The notes: a model not told the origin generated them from the sequence alone. DNA of 64,000 nucleotides from Candidatus Omnitrophota bacterium (GCA_028707125.1 JAQTUX010000001.1:394375-458374); one strand, 5' to 3'; positions 8,994-19,423 are shown, counted from the first letter of the stretch. Program-made: numbers and translations.

Positions 8994-11212
8994 AGAAAAC
9001 AATAGTCCTTATTCATCCCCCCGTTGATTTGGGCCAGCGATATGGGTGGCTGGCATTTGCCGGAGGAATAGAGCCGCCGTTAGGGCTGTGTTTCCTGGCT
9101 GCCGCCTTGAGAGAAAGGGGGTTCAGGGCAGCGATCGTTGACGCGCAGTCGCTGGGATTGGATATAGAGGATACGTTGAATCTCGCCTCGCGATACGATC
9201 CGGATTACATCGGGATAACTTCGGTTACCTCCACGATCTCATCCGCTATGAAGCTGGCGGAGGGCGTTAAGAAGATGCTTCCGCGCGCAAAGGTCATATT
9301 GGGAGGATGCCATGTCAGCGCGCTTGCGGAGCAGGCCATGCGGCAATGCGCTTGTTTTGATATTGGGGTCCTGGGGGAGGGGGAGGCGACCTTGAGCGAA
9401 TTACTGGAGGCGTTGGAGGGCGGCAAAGAGTTGTTTTCAGTGGACGGCATCGTTTTCCGGCAAGGCGGTCAGTTGTTTAAAACCGCCCCGAGAAGGCGGA
9501 TCGATGATATAGATACGCTTCCCTTCCCGGCGTTTGACCTGCTTCCCGGGATAAACAGCCATTACCGTGTTCCGCTCCAAAGCAGGGCAGGCGGCCATTC
9601 CTTTTCACTTATAGCTTCGCGCGGCTGCAGGGGAAGATGCGTTTTTTGCGATAGAGGCGTTTTCGGCAATCATCTCCGGCTTAACAGCGCAGAGTATATA
9701 GTGGATATGGTAAGATACATATATAAAAGAGGCGTCCGTTGCCTTATTTTCGAAGACGATGATTTCCTGGTTTCCAGTAGCAGATTGGCAAGGTTCAGAG
9801 ACCTGATCAGAAGGGAGGGCATTGATATATCCTGGTCCTGTTGCACCCGCATGGATACGTTTGACAAAGACACCCTGCGGATCGCTAAAGACGCCGGGTG
9901 CTGGCAGATAATGGCAGGCATAGAAAGCGCGGAACAGGCCATCCTCGATTTCAGCAATAAAGAGTTGAACTCAGAGATCGTGAGGGGCAAAATAAATCTT
10001 GCGAAAGAATCCGGAATTCAGATAAAGGCCTTCTTGATGTTCGGCAACCCCGGAGAGACCGCAGAGAGCTTAGCGAAGACCACGGATTTCGTCCTCGGGC
10101 TGCCTTTAAGCGATATAAGCATTACATTTTTTACTCCGTTTCCCGGGGCCGATATCTGGAAAAACATCGGTGACTACGGCAGTATAATTCAAAGTTTTGA
10201 CCGGTTTAATTGTTTTGAGCCGGTGTTCCTGCCCAAAGGTATCAGTAAGGATGTTTTGATGAAGTATTATGCTTCAGCCCTGTGCAGATTTTATTTGCGC
10301 CCTCAGATCATAAGGAATTACCTGCGCAGGATAATGCCGTCCGGTACGGCAGCCAGGCCCGGCCATAAAGAAAAACGCCTTATTGTCAGCGCGCATGATT
10401 TTGGCCTGAGCAAGGGCGTAAACGACGGCATTATAGATTCGTTTAAAAAAGGCATAGTTACTAACGCGTCTGTTATTTCCTGCGGGAAATATTCCTCCGA
10501 AGCAATAAATTTCCTTAAAGCCAATCCTGATTTGAAGGCGGGAGTGCATTTATGTTTAACCGAGGAAAGGCCGATCCTGCCCGGCAGCGAAATACCCAGT
10601 CTTATTATGAATGACGGGAGGTTCAGGAGATCAAAGTGGCGGTTGCTTGCCGCCTGTATTTCAGGCAGGATCAAGGCCGGCGATATTGAAAGGGAATTTC
10701 AGGCGCAGATAGCCAGGGTTAAGAGGGAAGGGGTAGAGATCAGCTATCTGGACGGGCATTGTTATGCGCATATGTTACCCGGGATAACGGATATCGTAGC
10801 GCGCCTCGCGCAGAAATATAATATCTCCGGAATACGCCTGCCCCATCAGTCCTTTTGGCTTATTGTTAAAGAAGCCGAAAGCAATAATCTTTCCAGAGTC
10901 ATTTTCCAAATATTGTTGAATTTACGATGTATAATATTAAGGAAACGGTGGAGGCGGTTGGGTTTTTATGATACGGATGATTTTATGGGTTTTGTCAGCA
11001 GCGGTCATTTAACGGAGAATAGACTGTTGAAATTGTTGAGGTCGTTAAAAGGCGGGGTCACGGAGGTGATCTCGCACCCTGCGGACGCCGATGATGAGAT
11101 GCAGAAGGGATATCGGGGATGGAGATATGACTGGGAAGCGAACAAGCAGGCGCTGGTATCCAGCCGCGTAAAGGACGCGATCTCAAAAGGGGGGATAGGG
11201 CTTGGAGCTTGA
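8990..11212 (+). CDS. Trifunctional fusion: B12-binding domain + radical SAM domain + YdjC/ChbG-family carbohydrate deacetylase domain (HpnJ+HpnK-like)
   Basis: GTG start overlapping upstream TGA (GTGA); N-terminal B12-binding Rossmann-like region; 'IASRGCRGRCVFCDRG'; C-terminal 'LIVSAHDFGLSKGVNDGIIDSF...HLCLTEE' YdjC-like. Confidence 0.7.
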   Translation: MKKTIVLIHPPVDLGQRYGWLAFAGGIEPPLGLCFLAAALRERGFRAAIVDAQSLGLDIEDTLNLASRYDPDYIGITSVTSTISSAMKLAEGVKKMLPRAKVILGGCHVSALAEQAMRQCACFDIGVLGEGEATLSELLEALEGGKELFSVDGIVFRQGGQLFKTAPRRRIDDIDTLPFPAFDLLPGINSHYRVPLQSRAGGHSFSLIASRGCRGRCVFCDRGVFGNHLRLNSAEYIVDMVRYIYKRGVRCLIFEDDDFLVSSSRLARFRDLIRREGIDISWSCCTRMDTFDKDTLRIAKDAGCWQIMAGIESAEQAILDFSNKELNSEIVRGKINLAKESGIQIKAFLMFGNPGETAESLAKTTDFVLGLPLSDISITFFTPFPGADIWKNIGDYGSIIQSFDRFNCFEPVFLPKGISKDVLMKYYASALCRFYLRPQIIRNYLRRIMPSGTAARPGHKEKRLIVSAHDFGLSKGVNDGIIDSFKKGIVTNASVISCGKYSSEAINFLKANPDLKAGVHLCLTEERPILPGSEIPSLIMNDGRFRRSKWRLLAACISGRIKAGDIEREFQAQIARVKREGVEISYLDGHCYAHMLPGITDIVARLAQKYNISGIRLPHQSFWLIVKEAESNNLSRVIFQILLNLRCIILRKRWRRLGFYDTDDFMGFVSSGHLTENRLLKLLRSLKGGVTEVISHPADADDEMQKGYRGWRYDWEANKQALVSSRVKDAISKGGIGLGA

Positions 11213-12839
11213 TAGAAAAGATTATTTATCGCTGTCATTATTCCTTTGTGTCTTTTTTCTGCTTGAGGCGTATCAGATACATTTGCCGGGGCTATACGCG
11301 GATGAAGCGTTCCCTGCCACCGGCGCTGTTCAGGTGTTGAAACACGTCGGGCCTTTTCTGATCTCAAAAGAGTTGTTCGGCATGTCCTTGCCCATAGCGT
11401 TTGTCCCATATATGACCTGCCTGGAGAGCTATATACTTATGCCATTCTTCTATCTTTTTGGGATCAATGTCTTTGTCTTAAGGTCTGTCCCCATACTACT
11501 GGGAGGGCTCGTGCTTGTTTTTACTTATATATTTATCAGGCGGATTTTTAACAGGACGGCAGCCGTTATCGCTGTCTTGCTCCTGATGGTCAATCCGGAA
11601 TTCCTCATAGGCACTAAACTCGGTAATGACAGCGGCTCCATGCTGCAGTTTATGAATATGGCGGCCATCCTGTGTTTTTATAATTGGTACCGTTTGAAAA
11701 AAGACAGGCATTTTTTTGCCGCGGTGTTTTTCTGGGGGGCGGGTCTTAGCATAAGGCCATGGTTCTCCTGGCCTATAAACAGTATTATTATTATTTCAAT
11801 TGTGTTCTACAGGTATATAGGCAAGGCGGTAATCGCAAAACTCAGGAGCGCTAAATTTATCGCTGGATCATTATTCGGGTTTGCTTCCGGGGCATTTTTA
11901 ATGCTTTTTTATAATTTTTCTTCCGGTTTCCCCATTATCGGATACATGACTAAGTATATATATGCTACGCGCTGCGGGGTCAACAACCTCGCGTATCTGA
12001 ACAATCTTATGTCAAGGGTCGCCGTATTTAAGAATTATCTTCGCGGGACATTCTCACTGGGAAATATGGGCGGATGGAATCACAGGACGCCCGTTGAGCA
12101 TATATCGGCGGATAATTTATACCCCGCGCTTTTTCTTATATCCGCCGCCTGGCTGTTGTTGTCGTCAGCGGCAAATAAAGGACGCTTCAGCAGGAAGGGT
12201 AAGCTGTTTGTGCTGCTTTTCCCTTTATTTATCCTGCTTCAGAGCCCGTTTACCCTTTCCAGCCTGGGCGGGCCGCATCTTTTTATAATCTACCCTTTCA
12301 TACAGGTCATCATTGCCGTGGCGTTTATAGAGATGCTGCTGATAATGAAAAATAAGGTTAAAATAGCGGCGTGTTTCGCGGTTTGCGTTTTCCTGGTCCC
12401 GGTATTCTCAGAAATAAAGACCGCCTACAGGAACAATTACGCCTATATCGCCGGCACGGGCGGCACAGGAAATTATTCCGATGCCATTTACGATCTGAAC
12501 AGATGGCTGCTGGAAGAAGGCGCCTTAGATCCGGTAGTGCTTGATTGGGGTATTTATCACGATCTTATATTTCTTTCCGGCGGCAGGATCTCCCCGGTTA
12601 CCTTTAATTTTGTTGAGAGCGGCGACAGTAAGGATGTAATGATGGAGCGGCTAAGCAATATTATCGGCGGCAAACAGGATAAGGTATACATATTCCACAG
12701 CCCCAAGTTTACCAATAGATATGTTTATGATGATTTCAATGGTCTGGTAAGGCACAGGGGGAAGAGAGCGATAATGCTTAAAGAATTTTCTCAACGGGAC
12801 GGGGAGAAGGTATTCATAGTATATGCCGCCGGGCGTTAG
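11202..12839 (+). CDS. GT-C fold integral-membrane glycosyltransferase (ArnT/PMT-like)
   Basis: ~12 TM; first-loop 'LPGLYADEAFPATGA' DE motif; TTG start overlapping upstream gene. Confidence 0.6.
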   Translation: MELDRKDYLSLSLFLCVFFLLEAYQIHLPGLYADEAFPATGAVQVLKHVGPFLISKELFGMSLPIAFVPYMTCLESYILMPFFYLFGINVFVLRSVPILLGGLVLVFTYIFIRRIFNRTAAVIAVLLLMVNPEFLIGTKLGNDSGSMLQFMNMAAILCFYNWYRLKKDRHFFAAVFFWGAGLSIRPWFSWPINSIIIISIVFYRYIGKAVIAKLRSAKFIAGSLFGFASGAFLMLFYNFSSGFPIIGYMTKYIYATRCGVNNLAYLNNLMSRVAVFKNYLRGTFSLGNMGGWNHRTPVEHISADNLYPALFLISAAWLLLSSAANKGRFSRKGKLFVLLFPLFILLQSPFTLSSLGGPHLFIIYPFIQVIIAVAFIEMLLIMKNKVKIAACFAVCVFLVPVFSEIKTAYRNNYAYIAGTGGTGNYSDAIYDLNRWLLEEGALDPVVLDWGIYHDLIFLSGGRISPVTFNFVESGDSKDVMMERLSNIIGGKQDKVYIFHSPKFTNRYVYDDFNGLVRHRGKRAIMLKEFSQRDGEKVFIVYAAGR

Positions 12840-12868
12840 GTTGGCCTGCGCGGCCCATAATAGCTGTT

Positions 12869-13882
12869 ATGAAGAGACTGACGGTTAGGCTGGCGCTGGT
12901 CCTGTTCGGGATAGCAGCCGGCATATTTATCTGCGAGTCATTCCTGCGCGTCAATCCGGCATATAGATCCAAATATGGCCTGTTTAGTTTTAAGACCTCC
13001 GAGAAATTGTCGGATATATATAGAGACATAAAATACAGGCCTTCCCCAATATACGGCTATGAATTTATTCCCAACAGCGCTGTCAACGTCAACTCTTATG
13101 GATTATGCGGCCCCGAATATATCCTTAAAAAAGGCAGGGACGTATTCCGGATCCTGTTAATAGGCGATTCCATCGCGGCTCAAGACGGCACAGCCAGATT
13201 CTTGGAGAGCCGTCTTAACACACGGCCCATTCATCCCGGATATAAATATCAATTATGGAATACAGGAGTGCCTTCCTATGATCTGCGCAGGTACGCCCTC
13301 GTTTTGAAGCATAAGGGTTTGGCCTATAAGCCGGATATGGTAATGGTATTTTTCTGCTACGGAGACCTTGATATAGACAGTTCGTTTTACTGCAGGGGCA
13401 AAGAGGGCGCTGTGTATAGATACAATATCTCTCTGCCGGAGCTGACCAAGCAGCGCATACCGAATTATCTCTTATTGAAACATTCTTATCTCTATAGATT
13501 TCTAATTTTTCAGGCAGAGTCATATCTGTCCGGCAAGAAATCCTCCATCGGCAATTCCGGCAGAGAGGATGCAGCTCTGACATACCTGTCTGCCATAAAA
13601 GCCCTCTGCGTTAAGAACGACCTGTATTTATTGGGGGTGGTGTTCCCGTCTCTTAAGCCCGCGGCGGAATATTCGGCGTTAGAGAGGGAGCATTTTGTCA
13701 TCTTGCGCGACACAATGGATGTTCTGGGTATCGATTATATAGATTTATGCGGGCTTATACCCGAAGAAAAGAGGGCGGCGATCAGGGAGAGAAGGGATGA
13801 TGTCTTCCATCCCTCTTCCGAAGGGCAGGGCCTTATCGCCGATATTATCTATGAATATATCAAGGTCCATTTCAAAGGATAG
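12869..13882 (+). CDS. Membrane-anchored SGNH/GDSL hydrolase or acyltransferase
   Basis: 'FRILLIGDSIAAQDG', 'WNTGVPSYD', 'RRDDVFHPSSEGQG'. Confidence 0.6.
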   Translation: MKRLTVRLALVLFGIAAGIFICESFLRVNPAYRSKYGLFSFKTSEKLSDIYRDIKYRPSPIYGYEFIPNSAVNVNSYGLCGPEYILKKGRDVFRILLIGDSIAAQDGTARFLESRLNTRPIHPGYKYQLWNTGVPSYDLRRYALVLKHKGLAYKPDMVMVFFCYGDLDIDSSFYCRGKEGAVYRYNISLPELTKQRIPNYLLLKHSYLYRFLIFQAESYLSGKKSSIGNSGREDAALTYLSAIKALCVKNDLYLLGVVFPSLKPAAEYSALEREHFVILRDTMDVLGIDYIDLCGLIPEEKRAAIRERRDDVFHPSSEGQGLIADIIYEYIKVHFKG

Positions 13883-15491
13883 GGCGCGGGGTAATTTAAT
13901 AATCCCGATAGTATTAGTAATAGCGTACTTTTTACTGCAATTATCCCTGATCAGCCTGCCGGGGATCTTCTGCGATGAGGCCATAGACGCGAATCTGGCT
14001 ATCAGGACCATAAAGGGGCAGGGTACACCCCTCGGCATTGATCTTTTTGGCCGGCGCCTGCCTCTGATGATGAGCGATAACCACAGCGCCTTGACCGCCT
14101 ACCTCCTTATTCCTTTCCTGCAGGTTTTCGGCGCGCGCGCATATTCCCTAAGATTATTGACCATATTTGTTGGCTCATTGACATTGCTGGCCGTCTATTT
14201 ATTCACTAAGGAATTATTTGACCGCAAGTCCGCGATATTGTCCATGTTTCTATTGGTGATCAATTTTGCGTTTCTTGTTGATACGAAGATGGGGATAGTG
14301 CACGGTTCAATGATGCAGGCGGCAATGATGTTCGCCTTATTATGCCTGTTGAGATGGTACCGGTCGGGAAGGCTACCGTATTTTTTTACGGCGATGTTTT
14401 TATTGGGCATCGGCATCAGTATAAAGCTATGGTTCATCTGGTTCGTTCTTTCCCTGTTTATTTGCGCCCTGATCTTCAGGCATGCGCTGCTGGCCATGAT
14501 CGGGGGCGATAAAAGGCGTTATATCAGCATGTTGTTTGGGCCGTTATTCTTCGGCTGCGGAGCGCTCTTAATATTACTGTATAACATCGGCACCGGTTGC
14601 TCCACGTTAAGGTATATTTTCAATAACGCTCATTTCACCATAGATGGCGCAGATAATTTTGCCTATTTTGGCAATCTCGCCTTGCGATCCACGCATTTAC
14701 TTGATTACATAAAGGGGGTCACGCCATGGGGTTCTTCATACAGCGGTTATTCACCAATATTCTTCCTGTTGTCGGTCGCCTGGCTTCTGTATCTCCTGGC
14801 AGCCAGGAGATCCGGGCTCTTCCCCAAAAACAGGGTTTTATTCCTTCTTATTTTGACCTTATCTATTTTCTTACAGAGCCCTTTCACGATGACGACCTTG
14901 AAGGCCACGCATATATTTTTGCTGTTTCCTCTCCTGCAGATAATATCAGGCGTAGCGTTTATTGAAGCCGTCTTTTATTTTAGAAAAAACGCGAAGCTCG
15001 TTTTTATCTGCGTTATAATCTTATTTGTGTCCGTATTCGTTGAGGCAAAGAAAACAATTAACGGTTACCTCTATTTTCAACGGACAGGCGGAGAAGGGCT
15101 TTTATCCGATTCCATCAACAGCCTGTCAGGATGGCTTATGGAGAGGAAGGGGGGCAATATAATCATCCTGGACTGGGGGATCAGTGATAGCTTGTATTTT
15201 CTCACAAGGGGAGAGATGGAAAACAGGGTTTATGATCTCGCCGCCTATTGCAGCGGTATTCCAACGGACGCAGGCAATGGAAGGCAGGAGGAGTTTATGG
15301 GGATGCTTAGCAGCCGCCTTAGGGAGAGAGATAGCCTGTATGTGTGCTTTTACCCTAATTATGAACAGGGAAACCGCTGCTGGGATATTTTCAGACAGCT
15401 TATAAAGGAAAGTGATCTGTCGTTATCGGAAGAGAAGAGATTCTATCAGAGGGACGGCAGGGTTGCCTATGCCGTGTTTTCTCTGAAATAG
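13797..15491 (+). CDS. GT-C fold integral-membrane glycosyltransferase (paralog of 11202..12839); start may be ATG 13851
   Basis: 'LPGIFCDEAIDANLA' DE motif; 'WYRSGRLPYFFTAMFLLGIGISIKLWF' aligns with paralog 'WYRLKKDRHFFAAVFFWGAGLSIRPWF'. Confidence 0.6.
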   Translation: MMSSIPLPKGRALSPILSMNISRSISKDRARGNLIIPIVLVIAYFLLQLSLISLPGIFCDEAIDANLAIRTIKGQGTPLGIDLFGRRLPLMMSDNHSALTAYLLIPFLQVFGARAYSLRLLTIFVGSLTLLAVYLFTKELFDRKSAILSMFLLVINFAFLVDTKMGIVHGSMMQAAMMFALLCLLRWYRSGRLPYFFTAMFLLGIGISIKLWFIWFVLSLFICALIFRHALLAMIGGDKRRYISMLFGPLFFGCGALLILLYNIGTGCSTLRYIFNNAHFTIDGADNFAYFGNLALRSTHLLDYIKGVTPWGSSYSGYSPIFFLLSVAWLLYLLAARRSGLFPKNRVLFLLILTLSIFLQSPFTMTTLKATHIFLLFPLLQIISGVAFIEAVFYFRKNAKLVFICVIILFVSVFVEAKKTINGYLYFQRTGGEGLLSDSINSLSGWLMERKGGNIIILDWGISDSLYFLTRGEMENRVYDLAAYCSGIPTDAGNGRQEEFMGMLSSRLRERDSLYVCFYPNYEQGNRCWDIFRQLIKESDLSLSEEKRFYQRDGRVAYAVFSLK

Positions 15492-15498
15492 CCGTCTT

Positions 15499-16719
15499 AT
15501 GAGAGATATGCTGACAGGGTTTGCGAGAAATATCTTCATGGTATCCTGCGCCGTCGTCTTGTTTCTCGCGCGCTTAAAGGACTTATTGATAGGCAGCCAC
15601 TTTGATCTGAGCCCTGATTCTAAAAGCTACATAAGCGCCGCAGGCCATCTTTTGAGCGGAGAGGGATTTTATATAACAAGCTACTTCGGCCAGGAAGTGG
15701 CAAAGAGGGCCTATCTGGACTGGCCTCCATTATATCCTGTTTTGATCGCCGCATTGGGCCTTTTCGGGCTTGACCTCGTTGACGCGGCAAGGCTGATCAG
15801 CACGGCGTCTTTGGTAGCCATGATCGTTCCCCTTTATATGATCTTGAATAAGATAACAAAAAGCGCGGTTTTCTCAGCGATAGGCGGGATCCTTATAATG
15901 GTTTCCTGGCCATTTCTGGAGATCTCCCGGCACGCCTGGACAGAAACGCCTTTTATGTTCTTATCCTATGTGGCCCTGTTTTTTATGATGGATTTCAATA
16001 AGGAAGGCAAGCTATTAAACAGAGAATTTATACTGGGAACGCTTTTTGTCCTTTTGTCCTGCCTGATAAGATGGACGGGCCTGCTGCTGGTTTTTTATGG
16101 GGCCGCGCTTATTTTATTCCAGAGGGGAATTAAGCGGGATCATAAAACATATCGATTGCTCTTTTTCCTGTTCGTCACATGCCTGCCGCTTCTTTTATGG
16201 TGCTTCCGATCGGTGCATATCACGGGAGACCTGGGGTATATATTCGGAGACAAGGAATTTCATGCTTCTCAATATCGGCATTTTGTCAGGAATATATCCC
16301 TTACCTTACGCACTATTTATCTGGACCTGTTCAGGATAGATACGCCGTTTCTTGCTTATTGCGGGTTATTCCTGTCTTTATTTCTCTCTCTGAAAAATAA
16401 TTTTTTATACAGGTGCAAGGTGTTTATCGGGTATGTCATATTATATTTTATATTTATCAGCGGAATTGTCTCGTTAGTGGCCTTAGATGAGATGGGAACA
16501 AGATATACCGTGTCGATGTACCATTCCATAATGATCCTGATCTTTGTCATATTTTATGATAGCGTAAGAAGCTTCTTCGCGTCAAACTTAAGAATGAAAT
16601 CAGCGATATTTATCTTTTGGTTGTTTTTCGCGTGTTTAGTTTATGCTCAATCTCTGGAAATGTCGCGGTTGGTTGTTTCCCTGTTCTTTTCCCAAATGGC
16701 AATACATACAGGGCGCTGA
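15499..16719 (+). CDS. Polytopic membrane protein, possibly short GT-C/PMT_2-like transferase
   Basis: ~10 TM; 'LSPDSKSYISAAGHLLSGEGF' in first loop; no soluble domain. Confidence 0.4.
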   Translation: MRDMLTGFARNIFMVSCAVVLFLARLKDLLIGSHFDLSPDSKSYISAAGHLLSGEGFYITSYFGQEVAKRAYLDWPPLYPVLIAALGLFGLDLVDAARLISTASLVAMIVPLYMILNKITKSAVFSAIGGILIMVSWPFLEISRHAWTETPFMFLSYVALFFMMDFNKEGKLLNREFILGTLFVLLSCLIRWTGLLLVFYGAALILFQRGIKRDHKTYRLLFFLFVTCLPLLLWCFRSVHITGDLGYIFGDKEFHASQYRHFVRNISLTLRTIYLDLFRIDTPFLAYCGLFLSLFLSLKNNFLYRCKVFIGYVILYFIFISGIVSLVALDEMGTRYTVSMYHSIMILIFVIFYDSVRSFFASNLRMKSAIFIFWLFFACLVYAQSLEMSRLVVSLFFSQMAIHTGR

Positions 16720-16736
16720 TAACTAAGAGGTATATT

Positions 16737-18461
16737 TTGAGAGATGTCACCGGCGCGCTTAAGGGTGTTTTCAAGCCGGATTTATTGATAATTATCCTGA
16801 TCGCGCTCATATATTTATCCCTTTCATTGCCGGGATTGAATCTGATCGGATTTGTGGAAGATGAGGTTATACCCGGTATGTTCGGTGTCAACCTTCTTGA
16901 AGGCCGGCGCCTCTGGGACGGAAGCGATGTCGGCATTCGTCTCGGAGGGATGAGCCTGCCGGTTAATCTTATTACCCCGTATTATTTTGCTCTGTCTTCT
17001 TACCTGTTGATCCCTTTCTTTATTTTGTTTGGTATCAGCATATTTTCTTTAAGATTGCTGGGCGTTTCGCTGGCGCTGTTATCATTAACGTCGTTATACT
17101 ATATATGCCGAACGATATTCGGCAGAAAGATCGCCGTGCCGACTGTATTCTTGCTTGCCTGCAGTTCAGCATTTGTATGGTCTACCAAGGTTGAGCTCTC
17201 CATAACAGAGAATCTGTTGAATTTTTTCTTCTGGTCGGCCGTTGCGCTTTTTCTGCTGCGTTTCAGCGGTAAGAGAAGCATTGTTTATTTTTATCTGGGG
17301 TGTTTCTTATTAGGCGCGGGGTTAAGCGTTAAATTTTCTTTCCTGGCAAGAATATTTGGATTCGGCCTGGCATTTATCGTTGTTTTTTATGGTAAAATAG
17401 CTGATTTTATCAGGTCAAACTTGAAGATAAAGCAGGCGATAGTTTCCGCTGTTTGTTTCTGCGCGGGCGCATCCTTGTTTATTTATTACAATGTGGCCAC
17501 CAGCGGCTCTACTTTTAAGCTGGTGAAATATTTGTATACTTGCACTGATGGAGACAATATTAATAATCTGGATTTTAAGGCTAACCTGGAGAGGAGGATC
17601 GGCCAATTCAATACTATCATACAGGAGTATCCGATAGCTGAGCAGGATTGCCTGCCGGCAGATTCTATGGAAGGCCAGGCGGAGCCCTTTATATATAACG
17701 CAAGGAAAATGACGCTGGCGATATTCTGGCCGGCTTTCTTAGCCAATTGCCTGTTTTCTCTCATGCGGGGGAAGGCGGGGCAGAGGAAATACCTGCTTAT
17801 ATATACGGCTTACTTTGTTATATTCTTGACAACTTTGTTCACCCCAGCTTCTTCAAGGACGTTCCATATGTTCGCGCTTGAGCCGATCCCGGCGTTTACC
17901 GTGTCGCTTTTTTGCTGCAATATATGGGACGGTATCACAAAAAGATACGCGGCGGGCAGGCCGCTGCCTGCGCTAATCGCGCTTTCAGCAGTTATTTTAA
18001 TTGCCGGGCCCTTTTTAATGGTTGATTTCAGAAATCACGCCGCATACAACCTGTTATTGCGTAAGACAGGCGGGACATATTTAGGCGCCGTTAGATATGA
18101 AATTGTGGATTATATCCTTGAGAATGGTATTGCCGAGAACGCCTTATTTATTACCGTAGGCGGGAGAAACGGAAAAGAGCCCATGCTTTTCCTGGCTAAG
18201 GGTAAGATTGACTTTGACGATAAGATCAACGGCATGACGGTAGAGGGGCCTGACGAAATATGCGCAGCGGCAGCGGATACAATGTTGAAGACCGGTAAAA
18301 AATTGTTCTTTATTTTTACCGCCTTGCCGCAACGGATTTATTTAGAAAAATATAATATGCTCTATGGATGTTTGAATAAAGCCGGAAGCAGGATGTCTCT
18401 GCGGCGCGTATTCTACAACCGGCTTAATGAACCGCAGTATTACTTATATCAGGCGCGATGA
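16737..18461 (+). CDS. GT-C fold integral-membrane glycosyltransferase (third paralog); ORF track start 16617 overlaps upstream gene by 100 nt, TTG 16737 preceded by 'aagagg' is more likely
   Basis: 'LIGFVEDEVIPGMFG' DE motif; architecture parallel to 11202 and 13797 ORFs. Confidence 0.5.
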   Translation: MRDVTGALKGVFKPDLLIIILIALIYLSLSLPGLNLIGFVEDEVIPGMFGVNLLEGRRLWDGSDVGIRLGGMSLPVNLITPYYFALSSYLLIPFFILFGISIFSLRLLGVSLALLSLTSLYYICRTIFGRKIAVPTVFLLACSSAFVWSTKVELSITENLLNFFFWSAVALFLLRFSGKRSIVYFYLGCFLLGAGLSVKFSFLARIFGFGLAFIVVFYGKIADFIRSNLKIKQAIVSAVCFCAGASLFIYYNVATSGSTFKLVKYLYTCTDGDNINNLDFKANLERRIGQFNTIIQEYPIAEQDCLPADSMEGQAEPFIYNARKMTLAIFWPAFLANCLFSLMRGKAGQRKYLLIYTAYFVIFLTTLFTPASSRTFHMFALEPIPAFTVSLFCCNIWDGITKRYAAGRPLPALIALSAVILIAGPFLMVDFRNHAAYNLLLRKTGGTYLGAVRYEIVDYILENGIAENALFITVGGRNGKEPMLFLAKGKIDFDDKINGMTVEGPDEICAAAADTMLKTGKKLFFIFTALPQRIYLEKYNMLYGCLNKAGSRMSLRRVFYNRLNEPQYYLYQAR

Positions 18462-19420
18462 AAGAGACGGTATCCATAATTATAGTTAACCATAATAGAA
18501 AGGAGTATTTAAAAAGGTGCCTGGACTCCGCGCTCTGCCAGAGCTATCCGGATATTGAAGTGATAGCCGTGGATAACGCGTCCACAGATGGTTCGGTGGA
18601 ACTGTTAAAAAATATGTTCTCCTCCGTCACATTGATCCTCAATAAGGATAATGAGATGTACGCGCGGGCTCAGAACTCCGGCATATCTCAATCCAGAGGG
18701 CAATATGTATTATGTTTGAATAACGATGCCGTGCTGGATAATAATTATGTTGCCGAATGCGTAAAGATAATGTCGGAGAAGAAGGATGTCGGCATGGTTA
18801 CGGGCAAGGTCCTGCTTATGGACGGCAAGACCATAGATTCTACCGGGCAGTTCCTGTCAAGGTCAAGGAGGCCGTACGACAGAGGTTATCGCAAAAAAGA
18901 TAAGGGGCAGTATGCGACAGGGGGTTATGTTTTCGGCCCAGGCGGCGCGGCGCCTCTGTTCCGGCGGTCCATGTTGGAAGAATTAAGTCTACCCGCTGTT
19001 AACGGCGGCTATGCCTATTTTGATGAGGATTACGGGATGTTTTACGAGGATCTGGACCTGGCCTGGAGGGCGAACAGGCGCGGCTGGAGGGCTTATTATA
19101 ACCCAAAGGCAGCCGCTTATCATGTAAGGGGGGGCAGCTGTCAGGAGAAAAAAACCTTATTTTTGTTCAGACGCGATTTCGTTTGCCTACCGAGGCATCT
19201 TCAGTCGCGCCTTATAAAGAACAGGTACGCGACCATAATAAAAAACGAGTCCATAGCAGGGTTTCTTTCTAACGGTTTATTTATTCTGGGATATGATCTG
19301 AAATTATTTTTGTATATGTTCCTGCTGCGGCCGGCGTTGTTTATAGACCTGTTCAGGGATCCGGGATTCTTAAAATATGCCTGTCACAAAAGGAAGTATC
19401 TGGCGGACACGGCTGCATAG
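18458..19420 (+). CDS. GT2 glycosyltransferase
   Basis: 'VSIIIVNHNRKEYLKRCLDSALCQSYPDIEVIAVDNASTDGS', 'YVLCLNNDAVL'; ATGA overlap with upstream stop. Confidence 0.7.
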   Translation: MKETVSIIIVNHNRKEYLKRCLDSALCQSYPDIEVIAVDNASTDGSVELLKNMFSSVTLILNKDNEMYARAQNSGISQSRGQYVLCLNNDAVLDNNYVAECVKIMSEKKDVGMVTGKVLLMDGKTIDSTGQFLSRSRRPYDRGYRKKDKGQYATGGYVFGPGGAAPLFRRSMLEELSLPAVNGGYAYFDEDYGMFYEDLDLAWRANRRGWRAYYNPKAAAYHVRGGSCQEKKTLFLFRRDFVCLPRHLQSRLIKNRYATIIKNESIAGFLSNGLFILGYDLKLFLYMFLLRPALFIDLFRDPGFLKYACHKRKYLADTAA

Positions 19421-19423
19421 CTC

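Noticed and set aside
8990-11212. Interpreting the B12-rSAM/YdjC gene plus the upstream GT2 as a bona fide hopanoid hpnIJK cluster
   Set aside because: The GT2 here is DPM1/ArnC-like with a methyltransferase fusion rather than HpnI-like. No squalene-hopene cyclase or other hpn genes are in the window. The flanking genes are GT-C transferases, so I kept it as an analogy only.
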